Positions 52,709-63,325 of a DNA stretch of 64,000 nt are shown here, one piece after another (within the stretch, counting starts at the first letter, position 1; the number at the start of each line of letters is the position of its first letter). Where the stretch lies: sequence record NZ_CP015284.1; one strand, written 5' to 3'. Position numbers and translations under genes: made by a program. Under the pieces are notes generated by a model. That model was not told where the DNA came from and searched no databases. It worked only from the letters and a program-made list of their open reading frames with translations. The stretch comes from a plasmid.

Positions 52709-53782
52709 ATGAAACAAGAAACACTAATGAAAAATATAAACGAGTTGCTTGAGATTATGCCTTGGTATGTTAAGGAATATTATCAAGCAAAGCTCGTTAT
52801 TCCATATAGCTATAAGACACTGTATGAGTACTTAAAGGAATATAGACGATTTTTTGAATGGTTGATTAGTGATCATGAGAAATTGGGTGAAACTGTACGA
52901 TATGCAGATTATGATACGATTGCCGATGTTCATATTGATGAGCTGGCCCATTTACCAAAGTCTGTTATCGAAGCCTATTTTGTCTATCTTCGTGAAAATA
53001 CTGAGCGTCGTTCAATCTCTGAAGTCAGCATTGTTCGGACTAAGGATGCTCTCTCAAGTTTGTTTAAGTATCTTACTCAAGAGACTGAGGATGACGAGGG
53101 TGAGCCTTATTTTTACCGAAATGTCATGGTTAAGGTCAAAATCAAGAAACCTAAAGATACCTTGGCAAGTCGTGCTGATAACATGAAAGAAAAACTCTTT
53201 TTAAATGATACACAGTCTTTCTTGGACTATATCGATAATGAGCATGAAAAGAAAATCTCAAAACGTGCCCAGGTATCCTTTGTCAAAAATAAAGAGCGTG
53301 ATCTTGCTGTCATAGCACTTCTACTCTCTACTGGAGTCCGGTTATCTGAATTAGTGAACCTAGATATGCAAGATGTCAATCTAGCCACAAGAACAATTAC
53401 AGTCATTCGAAAAGGTGGGAAAAAGGACGTTGTAAATATCGCTCCATTTGGACTACCTTATATCGAGCGATACTTAGAAATTAGGAAGGGACGCTACTCA
53501 GCAAGTGATTCAGATAAAGCATTCTTCTTAACAACTCAGAATAAAGTGCCTGCAAGGCTTGGAACACGTTCTGTCGAGCTATTGGTGAAGAAGTTATCTA
53601 CCGCCTATGGTAAACCCACTACTCCTCACAAATTGCGACACACACTTGCGACACGTCTATATGAGCAAACAAAAGACAGCCTCCTAGTCTCCCAACAATT
53701 GGGACACAAGGGGACTGCAATGGTAGAGGTATATGCACACGTAGCTGCAGAGACAACTAAGGAAGCTTTGAGTGATTTATAA
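52709..53782 (+). CDS. xerS: tyrosine recombinase XerS
   Basis: 357 aa. N-terminal LLEIMPWYVKEYYQAKLVIPYSYKTLYEYLKEYRRFFEWL is characteristic of streptococcal XerS. Catalytic LSTGVRLSE, HKLRHTLAT, LGHKG, VYAHV all present. Confidence 0.85.
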   Translation: MKQETLMKNINELLEIMPWYVKEYYQAKLVIPYSYKTLYEYLKEYRRFFEWLISDHEKLGETVRYADYDTIADVHIDELAHLPKSVIEAYFVYLRENTERRSISEVSIVRTKDALSSLFKYLTQETEDDEGEPYFYRNVMVKVKIKKPKDTLASRADNMKEKLFLNDTQSFLDYIDNEHEKKISKRAQVSFVKNKERDLAVIALLLSTGVRLSELVNLDMQDVNLATRTITVIRKGGKKDVVNIAPFGLPYIERYLEIRKGRYSASDSDKAFFLTTQNKVPARLGTRSVELLVKKLSTAYGKPTTPHKLRHTLATRLYEQTKDSLLVSQQLGHKGTAMVEVYAHVAAETTKEALSDL

Positions 53783-53876
53783 ATCATTTAATGGTTAATA
53801 CATTATACACGATATATAGTTAATAGATAAACTATGTATATGGTAATGAAGACTATAAATTGTTAACACGGTTTAT

Positions 53877-53926
53877 GATAAGTTAGAAAAAACGAGGAAT
53901 CTTCTTAAATAAGAGTAGATTCCTCG
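53877..53926. terminator. bidirectional rho-independent terminator
   Basis: aaaaaacgaggaatct...agattcctcgttttt between convergent xerS and the LPXTG gene. Confidence 0.65.
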
Positions 53927-54004
53927 TTTTTCGTTATTATTTAAAATTTAAAGACGACTGTTTCAATGGTCTCGTTCTTTAAGTTTGCCTCTAGTCATTG
54001 TTTA

Positions 54005-55360
54005 TTATGAACGTCTGTGACGCCCTTTATAAACGAAGCTTGTCAAACCAAGTCCTACCAAAACCATACCTAGCATACCAACTTTAGAGTTTGTATCTCC
54101 TGTTTTTGGTAAATCGTGACTTGTCAATTTTCCATCAGCTTCCGATTTAATTCCTGCATTACGTGTTTGTGTAAATGGAGAAGTGACAGAATTCATGGAA
54201 TGAATGTTTTTTGAAGGCACTAGACTTGTAGCAGGTGTTGTGCTGACCGCAGGTGCTTCACTTGTAGCAGGTGTTGTGCTAACTGCAGGTGCTTCACTTG
54301 TAGCAGGTGTTGTGCTAACTGCAGGTGCTTCACTAGTAGCAGGTGTTGTGCTAACCGCAGGTGCTTCACTTGTAGCAGGTGTTGTGCTGACCGCAGGTGC
54401 TTCACTTGTAGCAGGTGTTGTGCTAACTGCAGGTGCTTCACTTGTAGCAGGTGTTGTGCTAACTGCAGGTGCTTCACTAGTAGCAGGTGTTGTGCTAACT
54501 GCAGGTGCTTCACTAGTAGCAGGCGTTGTGCTGACTGCAGGTGCTTCACTTACTGAATTAGGGTTAGTTCTATAATAACGATAATATAGGGCATCATCCT
54601 CATAGTTGGCATGGCCAAATAACCCTGGTTCTTCCGTTGTGATAATATCTCCAACCGAATACTTCTTACCATTAGATCCAGTAATTGTGTAGTATGGGTA
54701 CCCTTCCAGCTCGTCACCTGGCATTACAGTATATCCTTTAGGGGTAACTACGTTACCAGTGAGCCAGCTGATTGTAGGGTCATCTGATGCTGAATAATTA
54801 AGGTATAACATGCGATTAAGACTAGGATCGTTATCAGATATTGGATTTTCACTAGTAGCCGGCGTTGTGCTAACCGCAGGCGCCTCACTAGTAGCCGGCG
54901 TTGTGCTGTTCGCAGGTGCTTCACTTGTATTATCAGAGTTTAGAGGATAATAGTAGTAATATAGTCTATTATCTTCCTCGTTCTTGTGATTTACTAAAGG
55001 ATCATTGACAGTTATAATATCGCCGACATTGTAATGTTTGCCGGTGTCATCGAATACGTCATAATGACTATATGTTCCAGGGTTACGAAAGTTCTCATCT
55101 ACAACGTATGGTTCGCTAGGTTTAATAACCCGACCTGACATACTACCACTATCAGGTTTATCGGGATAATCTGCCGAATAAACATAGAACATACGCCAAT
55201 CATTATAGTTAGCATCACTAGCTGTTTCTTCAGCATATACCTTTGTAGATGACTGACCGAATTGAGTTTGCACAGCAGTTGCAAGAGTAATTGCTGCAAC
55301 TAAAACAATTCCATATTTAGAAAACTTATTAATAGACAAAATAAACCTCCAGGGCAACAT
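54005..55360 (-). CDS. LPXTG cell-wall-anchored protein with about 12 tandem TSEAPAVSTTPA repeats
   Basis: YSIRK-like signal (ILSINKFSKYGIV). C-terminal LPKTG + hydrophobic stretch + KGRHRRS. Start taken at ATG (MLPWRF); the track uses an upstream GTG. Confidence 0.7.
   Translation of the reverse strand: MLPWRFILSINKFSKYGIVLVAAITLATAVQTQFGQSSTKVYAEETASDANYNDWRMFYVYSADYPDKPDSGSMSGRVIKPSEPYVVDENFRNPGTYSHYDVFDDTGKHYNVGDIITVNDPLVNHKNEEDNRLYYYYYPLNSDNTSEAPANSTTPATSEAPAVSTTPATSENPISDNDPSLNRMLYLNYSASDDPTISWLTGNVVTPKGYTVMPGDELEGYPYYTITGSNGKKYSVGDIITTEEPGLFGHANYEDDALYYRYYRTNPNSVSEAPAVSTTPATSEAPAVSTTPATSEAPAVSTTPATSEAPAVSTTPATSEAPAVSTTPATSEAPAVSTTPATSEAPAVSTTPATSEAPAVSTTPATSEAPAVSTTPATSLVPSKNIHSMNSVTSPFTQTRNAGIKSEADGKLTSHDLPKTGDTNSKVGMLGMVLVGLGLTSFVYKGRHRRS
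54215..54560. repeat. near-perfect 36-bp tandem repeats (about 9.5 copies) inside the LPXTG gene, plus two more copies at 54850-54925
   Basis: Unit acttgtagcaggtgttgtgctaactgcaggtgcttc. Track ORFs 54204..54575(+) and 54220..54549(-) are artefacts of this repeat. Confidence 0.85.
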
Positions 55361-55474
55361 TATATAATTTTTAGAAATATAAATTATCACACTTAATATA
55401 TCAGAAAAATAAATAAAGTCAATGTTTTTTTAAAAAAACTTTGACTTTTTACTCATTCTCAGTAAATTATTTTT

Positions 55475-55828
55475 CTAACTTCTTAGAGTTGGTGCAATTT
55501 GAAGGATATTATCGAGTTGAACTAATCTATACCCTTCACTAGTCTTTATTGATATTTCCTTACGAGACAGTTCTCTCACTTCACCAAATAAAGTAATTTT
55601 ATTATCACGATGTTTGATAGTGAATTGCCCTTTAAGTTGGTTGGCATAGAGTTGAGAAAGTAATAAGAGTTTTTGAGGTTTACTTAAGTCTGTTGTGAAG
55701 TCAACACGATATTTAGCAGCATGTAATGATGAGGTATGCTCGGACAGAAAGAATCCCATCCACTTTTGCATCCCTGGATCCTGGTATTCTCTTGCTGCTT
55801 GAAATGGTAAATAAGAACGATCAATCAT
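55475..55828 (-). CDS. YolD-like protein (partner of UmuC-type polymerase)
   Basis: 117 aa. 4-nt overlap with the upstream Y-family polymerase gene. Confidence 0.5.
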   Translation of the reverse strand: MIDRSYLPFQAAREYQDPGMQKWMGFFLSEHTSSLHAAKYRVDFTTDLSKPQKLLLLSQLYANQLKGQFTIKHRDNKITLFGEVRELSRKEISIKTSEGYRLVQLDNILQIAPTLRS

Positions 55829-57240
55829 TTTAAACCATCCAATCCTCCAGCAGAATGTCCTCCGATGAGCCTACTTCTGGCAATACTTCTTGATGCCCCG
55901 TCAAGTGCATTAGCTTTTAGCAGAGAGGTAAAGCCAAATTGGTCTCTGATAGAATCTATTGCTGTCTGGAGCCTTTCTTCTTTTTCAATTTGTTCGACAT
56001 CATCGAATAGTGAGATTAATCCAAAAGATTCATCTACAAACCCAGAATAATTAACCGCTACACTTCGGATTGCCCCTGAAGTGTATTTATTATGGAATAA
56101 TTTCAACACATAGTTTGTCAGCATGTCGGTGTTATTCGTTGGTTCAATTTTCATTTGGGTATTGATAGAACGCTTGTTCTCATGCTTAGAGTAGCCAAGG
56201 TGTATTGAAACAACAGTCGCTTTCTTGCCTATCTTTCTCAGTCGGATAGCAACTTGTTCGGCCATCTCTCTAAGGACAATTTCAATATCTCGTTGTCTAA
56301 AATAGTCTCTAGGGAGAACCTGGGAGTTGCCTAGACCTTTTGATTTTGGTTTATAGGGTTTATGAACGTTACTTTCATCAATACCATTAGCATGAAACCA
56401 TAAACGAAGGCCCGCTTCTCCTAGTTCTTTCTTCAAGATATCTGGGTTAGCATTTGCCAAGTCTTTGATTGAGTGGATATCTAACGTGTTGAAGCGTTTC
56501 TCCATTCTTTTACCTATACCCCAGAAATCAGTCATCTTAGGAATAGACCAGACCTTATTCTCCACATCCTCATAGGACCAGTTAGCTCTCATGGTTGAAG
56601 TTTTCTTTGCTTCATTATCAAGTGCTAGTTTAGCTAGTAAAGGGTTAGCATTGGACATACCAACGGTTGAATAGATGCCAGTTTGTCTCCAGATGTCCCT
56701 TTGGATCCTCGCAGAAATAAGGTCGAGCTTTTGCTTTCGAGATAACTGCTTATCTGGAACGAAGTAATTAAGAGAACTAGACAGGTCGATAAAACCCTCG
56801 TCTATAGAATAAGGGTAAATATCATTTGGGCTACCATAGTTTTGAAAAATGCCTTGGATTTCCATATTAACTGAGATATATTCGTCCATTCTAGGAGGAA
56901 CGATGAAAGTCACTTTTGCCCAATCTTCAATGAATCTCACGTATTCTGGATCTGTTCTCAGTCCTTGTCTCTTGGCATTGTAATACGAGAACCTTCTTGT
57001 TTGAACATCAAAAGGGAGATCGTATGCTCTTCCAACATTTGATTTTCCAAACACTTTCTTAAATATCGGTGAAGAAGCAAGGATAAGACCTGCAGAGTTA
57101 TCAGCTCTACTCATAACACATAAAGAAGTCTTTAAAGGATGTAGTCCTCTCTCAACACATTCGACGCTAGCGTAAAACGACTTCATATCGATAAAAGCGA
57201 TATCGCTTCTTGGTTCTCTTGAATAATCAAAATATCCCAT
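55825..57240 (-). CDS. Y-family error-prone DNA polymerase (UmuC/ImpB-like)
   Basis: N-terminal FIDMKSFYASVE and SPNDIYPYSIDEGFIDL (catalytic Asp/Glu) motifs. Confidence 0.85.
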   Translation of the reverse strand: MGYFDYSREPRSDIAFIDMKSFYASVECVERGLHPLKTSLCVMSRADNSAGLILASSPIFKKVFGKSNVGRAYDLPFDVQTRRFSYYNAKRQGLRTDPEYVRFIEDWAKVTFIVPPRMDEYISVNMEIQGIFQNYGSPNDIYPYSIDEGFIDLSSSLNYFVPDKQLSRKQKLDLISARIQRDIWRQTGIYSTVGMSNANPLLAKLALDNEAKKTSTMRANWSYEDVENKVWSIPKMTDFWGIGKRMEKRFNTLDIHSIKDLANANPDILKKELGEAGLRLWFHANGIDESNVHKPYKPKSKGLGNSQVLPRDYFRQRDIEIVLREMAEQVAIRLRKIGKKATVVSIHLGYSKHENKRSINTQMKIEPTNNTDMLTNYVLKLFHNKYTSGAIRSVAVNYSGFVDESFGLISLFDDVEQIEKEERLQTAIDSIRDQFGFTSLLKANALDGASRSIARSRLIGGHSAGGLDGLK

Positions 57241-57419
57241 GTGCCACCTCTTTTGTTAGTTTATAAGCTAACAAAAAGTATAGACTATTTTGGTGAGGTT
57301 TTCAAGTGTTACAACGTTGCCAATAGTCTTTGAGAGTAAAAAAACACCAATAACTATGTAATTGGCGTTTTCAGTGGTCTTCTGATTCTTTTTAAAAAGA
57401 GTATAGTGTTATAAGGAAC

Positions 57420-58610
57420 TTATTCAGAACTTCCTGTTGATGATGATGGCTCGGTAGTAGCATGATAGTTATTTGCCTCGTCAACCATATCTTGCATATA
57501 AACACCCAAGAGTCTGTTATAACCATTTTCATCAAAATTACTATGAAATTCAGGATTTACACTTGTTTCTTTTGATGATTCGGGAACTCCAGCATCTTGT
57601 TGTTGAGCAGGTGTTGTTGGGGCACTTCCGGCTACCGTATTGGTGTTACTCTGAGCTGATTCACTAACTGTTGTTTGAGTAGAGCTTGAACTAGACGATG
57701 ATGATGGTTGCGTAGAGGATGAGGTTTCCGTTTTTGAGGAGTTTTTGCTTGTGCTATCATCTTTAATCTCAATTAACTTCTCATATATCTTTTGCGTCAA
57801 AGCATTTTGTTGAGAGGCCGTTAATGATGCTGCGACACGAATAACAACCGTTCCATAAACATAGTGTGAACCAGGGTTAATGACAGTTGGAAGGCCATCG
57901 AAAGCACTTAAATAGTCATTTCGTTTTTTGGCATCTTCTACCGTTTTATAAACCTCTACGCATCCCCCTGCATCCGTACCTTTTGCTACTAAATCAGCAC
58001 CAGCAACTGGATTAGTCACTTCATTGTCAGAGAAATAAACTGCTGCCGTATAACTTCCTTGTTTGTTTAAGCCTTGGTTTGGATCATTATCTTCTGTAGC
58101 TGACTGAACATCTGAAATCGTATCAATTTCCTTAAGACGACTTTCCACAAATGTATTGGAAGGATTTGTAATTTGTTTTAACTGCTTAACACTTGTTGAA
58201 TACTTCTGGTTTTTATCTTGAAGTTCTTTTATCTCTGTTGTGTAGTTAATTGGTTTTTTTAGTGATTTAACTTGTTTATTGATGTCGCTTGTTTTCTTTT
58301 TAATTTTAGGAATTACTTGTTTCTTCTTTTCAGCAGTTGAGACTTCGTTTTTTAACTCAACCGTCAGCTTTTCGTCTAAGGGTTTATCTTTACTACTAAG
58401 TAGTTTCTTAGATACTTTGATTGTTTCCTCTAAGCTACGGTTTTCTTTTTGAATTTTGGCTGTTACTTCATTAAATGACTGTACCGCTCTTTGATGTGGT
58501 GAAATTGCAAGTACATAGTACCCTATACCGAAACAAAATAGTGCGATAAGAGAAATTATGGCACTTTTCTTTGTACTAATTCTTTTCATAAAATCAAATT
58601 TCATTTTCAA
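57420..58610 (-). CDS. membrane-anchored extracellular protein, hypothetical (Ser-rich C-terminal region)
   Basis: N-terminal TM (IISLIALFCFGIGYYVLAI), coiled-coil region, poly-Ser tract. Confidence 0.45.
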   Translation of the reverse strand: MKMKFDFMKRISTKKSAIISLIALFCFGIGYYVLAISPHQRAVQSFNEVTAKIQKENRSLEETIKVSKKLLSSKDKPLDEKLTVELKNEVSTAEKKKQVIPKIKKKTSDINKQVKSLKKPINYTTEIKELQDKNQKYSTSVKQLKQITNPSNTFVESRLKEIDTISDVQSATEDNDPNQGLNKQGSYTAAVYFSDNEVTNPVAGADLVAKGTDAGGCVEVYKTVEDAKKRNDYLSAFDGLPTVINPGSHYVYGTVVIRVAASLTASQQNALTQKIYEKLIEIKDDSTSKNSSKTETSSSTQPSSSSSSSSTQTTVSESAQSNTNTVAGSAPTTPAQQQDAGVPESSKETSVNPEFHSNFDENGYNRLLGVYMQDMVDEANNYHATTEPSSSTGSSE

Positions 58611-59020
58611 TCTCCAAAAATCAAGTCTTCAGTATCCCAGATAGTTAACAGGGACTTCCTATTAAGTATTCTGTTTTTATTATACTTAAATATTCTCATA
58701 TTTTAAAGTAGTCTTTTGATTATTATTCAAGAAAATTACTAGAGTTGTGAAGTGAAGTGTTGCGCGTGGTATATGATTCAATACAAAAAGGATAGCATAT
58801 AGTGATGCTATCCTCAGAATGATGAATTGTACCGTTTCCATCAACCTGTGGGGAAACAATATACTTATGGTAAAGGGATGAAACAGTTATCCGAAGTAGA
58901 ACAGTTACGTTTGCAGGTAGAATTACTAAAAAAGTATCAGAGCTTGGTAAGAGAATCTAAAAAGTAAGTCTTATAATCTCGTCGTTCTACAACCCTTATG
59001 CTTTGACCCTAATCAATTGA

Positions 59021-61765
59021 TTAGTTTTTCTTACGTTTGCGACCAGCAAATCCAAGAAGGCCAAGAAGACCAATACCTGCAACACTTGCAATAATACCGC
59101 CATTATCACCTGTTTCTGGAAGTGTGTGACCATGTCCGGCTTTAACAGCTACTGCGGTAGCTTCTGCTACAGTGTTGACTGTTTGTTCTTGTGTCTTGTT
59201 GAATTTAGATACTGATACTGGTGCTGCTTCGACTTGACTGCTTACCACTTTCGGTGCCACAACATCGTCATATTTAGCTTTTGCACCTTGATTTGGTTTT
59301 ACAACGTCAGTTTCTGGCTTAGTATTGTCAGTTTTACCAGATTCAGGTTTAGTATCAGGTGTCACAATATTACCTTTTTTAGCGTCATCTAACGCTTTTT
59401 GAACTTCATATTTAGTCAACACGGTTTCATATTCTGATTTAGCTGATGCATATTTGCTACGAGCGTCTGTAAGTTTAGCTTGTTCAGCGGCAAGTTTAGC
59501 TTGAGCGTTGACAAGTTTAACTTGAGCGGCTGCAAGTTTAACTTGAGCGGCTGCAAGTTTAGCTTGTGCATTTTCCAACTCAGATTTATGAGCTTTAGCA
59601 GCTTCTACTGCAGATTTTGCGTTGTTAAGAGCTTTTTGAGCAGCAACAACATCATTGTTTGCTTTTTCAGCCGATGATTTAAGATCTGCTAATTTAGCTT
59701 GTTCAGTTGCAAGTGCAACCATTGCATCATCAGCTTTTTCTTTTGCAACTTTAGCATCTTCTTTTGCTTGTGCAAGCGCTTGGGCTTTAGTTGCTTCTTC
59801 AGCTGTTACGGATGCAAGCACAACTTTAGCCACTGCAAGTTTACCTTCAGCTTCTGTTAACTTAGCTTGAGCAGCTCTCAATTCAGCTTCTGCTTTTGGT
59901 GTTTGACGTTCACGTGATTCAAGCTCTGCTACTTTTGCTTTGGCGTCATCGACAGCCTTTTGAGCCGTTGTGACTGCTGTTTTGGCTACGGTAACATCTT
60001 CTTGAGCAGCTTTCAACGCAACACCTGCAGTTGTTTGTTTCAATACTACTTTATTGTATGCATCTACACTTGGCTCAAAGTTTGCTCGACCGGCTGACAA
60101 TACATCATATACATGACCACCCCAAATGTCTTGTGCAAATTTAGCTTCATGCAAGCTTGAAGTTGTAGTTACAACATTGAATTCTGCTGGAACTTCAATA
60201 AACGAATTACTGTTGTCTTGTAGGTACATTGAAATACCTTGTTGGTCGTAGTCCGTCAAACTAGCTGTATGACTATAATAATTTGTCCCATCATCCACTG
60301 TGAATAAAAATACAGCTTCACGAACACCCTCTAGAATTTCGCTTAATGTTGCATAATGAGATCGTTTGTATGCCAAATCACCTGAAAACGGTTTGAAGTG
60401 ACGTTGATTTGTTAAGTTTTCTCTAACATACAAGTGCTCCAATTCGGGTTTTTTTGTTGAAAGCTCAATTGAGTAGTCAGATCCCGTTTCATCAGTGTTA
60501 TCACGTAATGCGTTGTATTTCACCGCACGTGCTTTTGCAAGATCCATCATTAAAGTGTTTACTGTTGCATCTGGTAAACCTAGTGCACGACGAAAGGCAT
60601 TAACTTGGTCTACAAAATATTGGTTTACAATATTGTTCACGTTTTCCGGGAGATTTTCGACATCATATTGAGTATTATCAGCTACTGTGATTGTGTCTGG
60701 ATAAAAGTAATTACAAATCCCATTATCGTTTGCGTCGTAATGGATATCACCATCATAAACATGTACGATTTTATTATATTGGTTAATGATGTTGAAATCT
60801 GTTTTGATTGGAAGCGCGTTATAAATTGCAAGAGCTTCATCAGCTGCTTTCACACGGTCTTCACCTTTAGCATTCACCCATTTCTTCAATGCATTCAAGT
60901 ATTCTTCTGGAATATTGACTTTTGATTCCCATGTCGCTAATGGCTTGACAGCGTCTGCAGCCGCTTTTGCTTGGTCAAAGGCTGTTTGTGCTTGACTTAC
61001 GACAGTTTCTTTAGCTGTTACAGTTTGTTTTGCATCTTTAACACCTTGTTCAGCTGTTGATACGGAACCGTTTGCATCTGAAATTGCTTGGTCAAGTTTT
61101 GAATCTGCCTTTTTAGCTGTTTCAAGGTTTGTTTCAGCTGTTTTCACATCTGATTTAGCTCGTACTACAGTTGCTTCTGCCACTGTTACATTATCTTGAG
61201 CTGTTGATACATCTGTTGATTCTTTTGCAAGAGCATCTACTTTTGCTTGAGCAGCGTCACTTTTAGCTTGTGCCTTATCTGCAGCCGCTTGAGCGTCTGA
61301 TACAACAGCTTTTTGGTTTGTCACAGTCGTTTGAGCGTTTGTAGCGGTAGCTTGTGCGTCAGTTACTGCCTTTTCTGCAACAGGTACGTGACTGTCAGCT
61401 GTTGTGATCGCATTAGTAGCTTGAGCAATGGCTTCAGGTGTCGCTTGTGCTGCTGTTGCTTGTGCGTCAGTCACTTGACTTTGAGCAGCATTCACTTGAT
61501 TTTGAGCGTCATTTACTTGATTTTGAGCCAAACCAGTTGCTGATTCTTGAATAACAGCGGCTGTTTCAGCTTTTTCCATATTTTGTTTCGCATCTGATAC
61601 TTGTTGTTCAGTAACGGTTGATTGAGCTTGTGTTTCAGATACAGCATTTGTGTCTGGTGTAGTTACTGTTACTTCATCAGCATTTACAACACCTGTTGCA
61701 CAAGCCGCAGCTACAATTGCAGCAGTACCAGCGATAAATTTCATTTTGTTGTTTGTTTCTTTCAT
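59021..61765 (-). CDS. LPXTG-anchored alanine-rich coiled-coil surface protein with central globular domain
   Basis: Signal peptide MKETNNKMKFIAGTAAIVAAACATG. LPETG + TM + RKRKKN at the C-terminus. Long Ala/Lys/Gln heptad regions. Confidence 0.75.
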   Translation of the reverse strand: MKETNNKMKFIAGTAAIVAAACATGVVNADEVTVTTPDTNAVSETQAQSTVTEQQVSDAKQNMEKAETAAVIQESATGLAQNQVNDAQNQVNAAQSQVTDAQATAAQATPEAIAQATNAITTADSHVPVAEKAVTDAQATATNAQTTVTNQKAVVSDAQAAADKAQAKSDAAQAKVDALAKESTDVSTAQDNVTVAEATVVRAKSDVKTAETNLETAKKADSKLDQAISDANGSVSTAEQGVKDAKQTVTAKETVVSQAQTAFDQAKAAADAVKPLATWESKVNIPEEYLNALKKWVNAKGEDRVKAADEALAIYNALPIKTDFNIINQYNKIVHVYDGDIHYDANDNGICNYFYPDTITVADNTQYDVENLPENVNNIVNQYFVDQVNAFRRALGLPDATVNTLMMDLAKARAVKYNALRDNTDETGSDYSIELSTKKPELEHLYVRENLTNQRHFKPFSGDLAYKRSHYATLSEILEGVREAVFLFTVDDGTNYYSHTASLTDYDQQGISMYLQDNSNSFIEVPAEFNVVTTTSSLHEAKFAQDIWGGHVYDVLSAGRANFEPSVDAYNKVVLKQTTAGVALKAAQEDVTVAKTAVTTAQKAVDDAKAKVAELESRERQTPKAEAELRAAQAKLTEAEGKLAVAKVVLASVTAEEATKAQALAQAKEDAKVAKEKADDAMVALATEQAKLADLKSSAEKANNDVVAAQKALNNAKSAVEAAKAHKSELENAQAKLAAAQVKLAAAQVKLVNAQAKLAAEQAKLTDARSKYASAKSEYETVLTKYEVQKALDDAKKGNIVTPDTKPESGKTDNTKPETDVVKPNQGAKAKYDDVVAPKVVSSQVEAAPVSVSKFNKTQEQTVNTVAEATAVAVKAGHGHTLPETGDNGGIIASVAGIGLLGLLGFAGRKRKKN
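59466..59580. repeat. short tandem 18/27-bp repeats encoding AAQAKL(A) units within the surface-protein gene
   Basis: caagtttagcttgagcg / caagtttaacttgagcggctg repeated 5-6 times. Confidence 0.6.
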
Positions 61766-61789
61766 AAGTGTTATCCCTCAATAAAATAA

Positions 61790-61870
61790 TTTGTTTTCAA
61801 AAATAATAAGGGGTTCCGAGGTTTAACCCCGTATTCGCGCCCGCATAGGCTGGCGTGAAATTAACCCTGG
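61790..61870 (-). other. GC-rich structured 5' leader element upstream of the surface-protein gene
   Basis: ggggttccgaggtttaaccccgtattcgcgcccgcataggctggcgtg, a strong hairpin-forming GC island in an AT-rich leader. Confidence 0.25.
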
Positions 61871-62743
61871 ATGAATAATTATTTACAACTATTAGAATTT
61901 TACTCCCGAAATTTAAGGGTGTCAAGTATTTTTTGAAAATTTAAACCATTATTTCGAGTTAATAAATTCTTTTAAAATAAGGTTTTTCAATATATTCTAG
62001 AATTATTATTATCATTTAATTATTATTAAGATTAGATTGATAATTAAAAAATTACTGTTTTTACACAATTTAAAAAAAGCGTAAAACCATTACAATTGCA
62101 GTGAAAATGCTAATATATGCTCGTTTTATTTTCCTTTAATTTTTTGAGGATGCAGAAAGCTAAACCTTCACATATTCATCAAGATTTCTAATTTATTTTT
62201 TCTTAAAAGCATCCAAATAATTCTACTCTTTAAAAATAAAATTTTTATAAATAACGGTATATTTTTCCCTAAATATTGAAAAATACTCCCCATAAAAGAA
62301 ATTATCAATACAATTTATTTCACAATACATAAATACGACACACAAACTCAATATCATTTTATAAAGTAACTCCAAACTTTTAGAAAAGAAGCTCATAATA
62401 TTCACACAAAATACTTAAACTCATCAAAAAAAGCCGGACCTCAGTCCAGCTCAGAATGAAGAAAAACATCAAAAACGATGTTTGTCTTTTTTTTATAGTC
62501 ACACTTAATTCTCCCATAATCCAATAATATTGAGGTATTATGTGAAGCCCATCAAGCGTATAGAAACCTAATTGACGACGATTATATTCAAGATTATCTT
62601 TGTGAAACATAGGAGTACCTCATCAAATACTTTTTTTATTATACTCCTTCGAAGCAAGAAAACTCCCCAGATAACTTCTGAGGACTTTATCTTCATTCTG
62701 AGGATAGCATCACTATATATGCTATCCTTAGCTAGTCCTATGA

Positions 62744-63313
62744 TTATTGTGCAGGTCTCAAGGTTGCTGCTACTGTTCTGATAGAACTTTGTGTAAGTTC
62801 ATCATGTCGTTCTTCATCTGTGATTACACGAGGTTTTGGAAAGTTCTCGATAGGCTTTTCATGTTCTTGGGCTTGCTTTTTAGCTTGTTCAAGTCGTTGG
62901 TGTTGAGCTTCTGGTCCCCAGTCTTTTTCTGCAGCAATCTCAGAGACCATAAAGGCACTATATCGATATGCCTCTGGAACAATCTTCTGGATTTGTTCTT
63001 TCGTGAAGCGGTCTCCCTCACTATAATCAACGACATCCCAAATTAGTCCGCCATTGCCATCTTCTTGTGCTGCAAGGAAATGTTCACATCCAATAGGATT
63101 TGATAGGTTGATCATAAAGAGTTCTTCAGACCATTCTCCAGTCATTACAGCATCAATAAATGTTTTATATTCATCGTCCGAGGCAAAATTTAGACGCCCG
63201 TTCTTTTCAGCTTTTTGAGCTTCACATAATACCTCAAAGCGTTCTTGGTATAGAGAGAAATTGTACTGTTTCAAAAAACTTGCTTGTTCCGTTGTTAAAA
63301 TATTTTTCTTCAT
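62744..63313 (-). CDS. hypothetical cytoplasmic protein
   Basis: 189-aa ORF. RBS-like GGAG upstream (reverse complement of 63314-63330). Confidence 0.4.
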   Translation of the reverse strand: MKKNILTTEQASFLKQYNFSLYQERFEVLCEAQKAEKNGRLNFASDDEYKTFIDAVMTGEWSEELFMINLSNPIGCEHFLAAQEDGNGGLIWDVVDYSEGDRFTKEQIQKIVPEAYRYSAFMVSEIAAEKDWGPEAQHQRLEQAKKQAQEHEKPIENFPKPRVITDEERHDELTQSSIRTVAATLRPAQ

Positions 63314-63325
63314 CGTGATTACCTC

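Noticed and set aside
54204-54575. Track ORFs 54204..54575(+) and 54220..54549(-) with repetitive translations
   Set aside because: Both are alternative-frame or antisense readings of the 36-bp tandem repeat inside the LPXTG gene (54005..55360, minus strand). They are not independent genes.
62223-62781. Small ORFs 62223..62405, 62380..62610, 62572..62781
   Set aside because: AT-rich intergenic region. Overlapping low-complexity ORFs without RBS are probably spurious.
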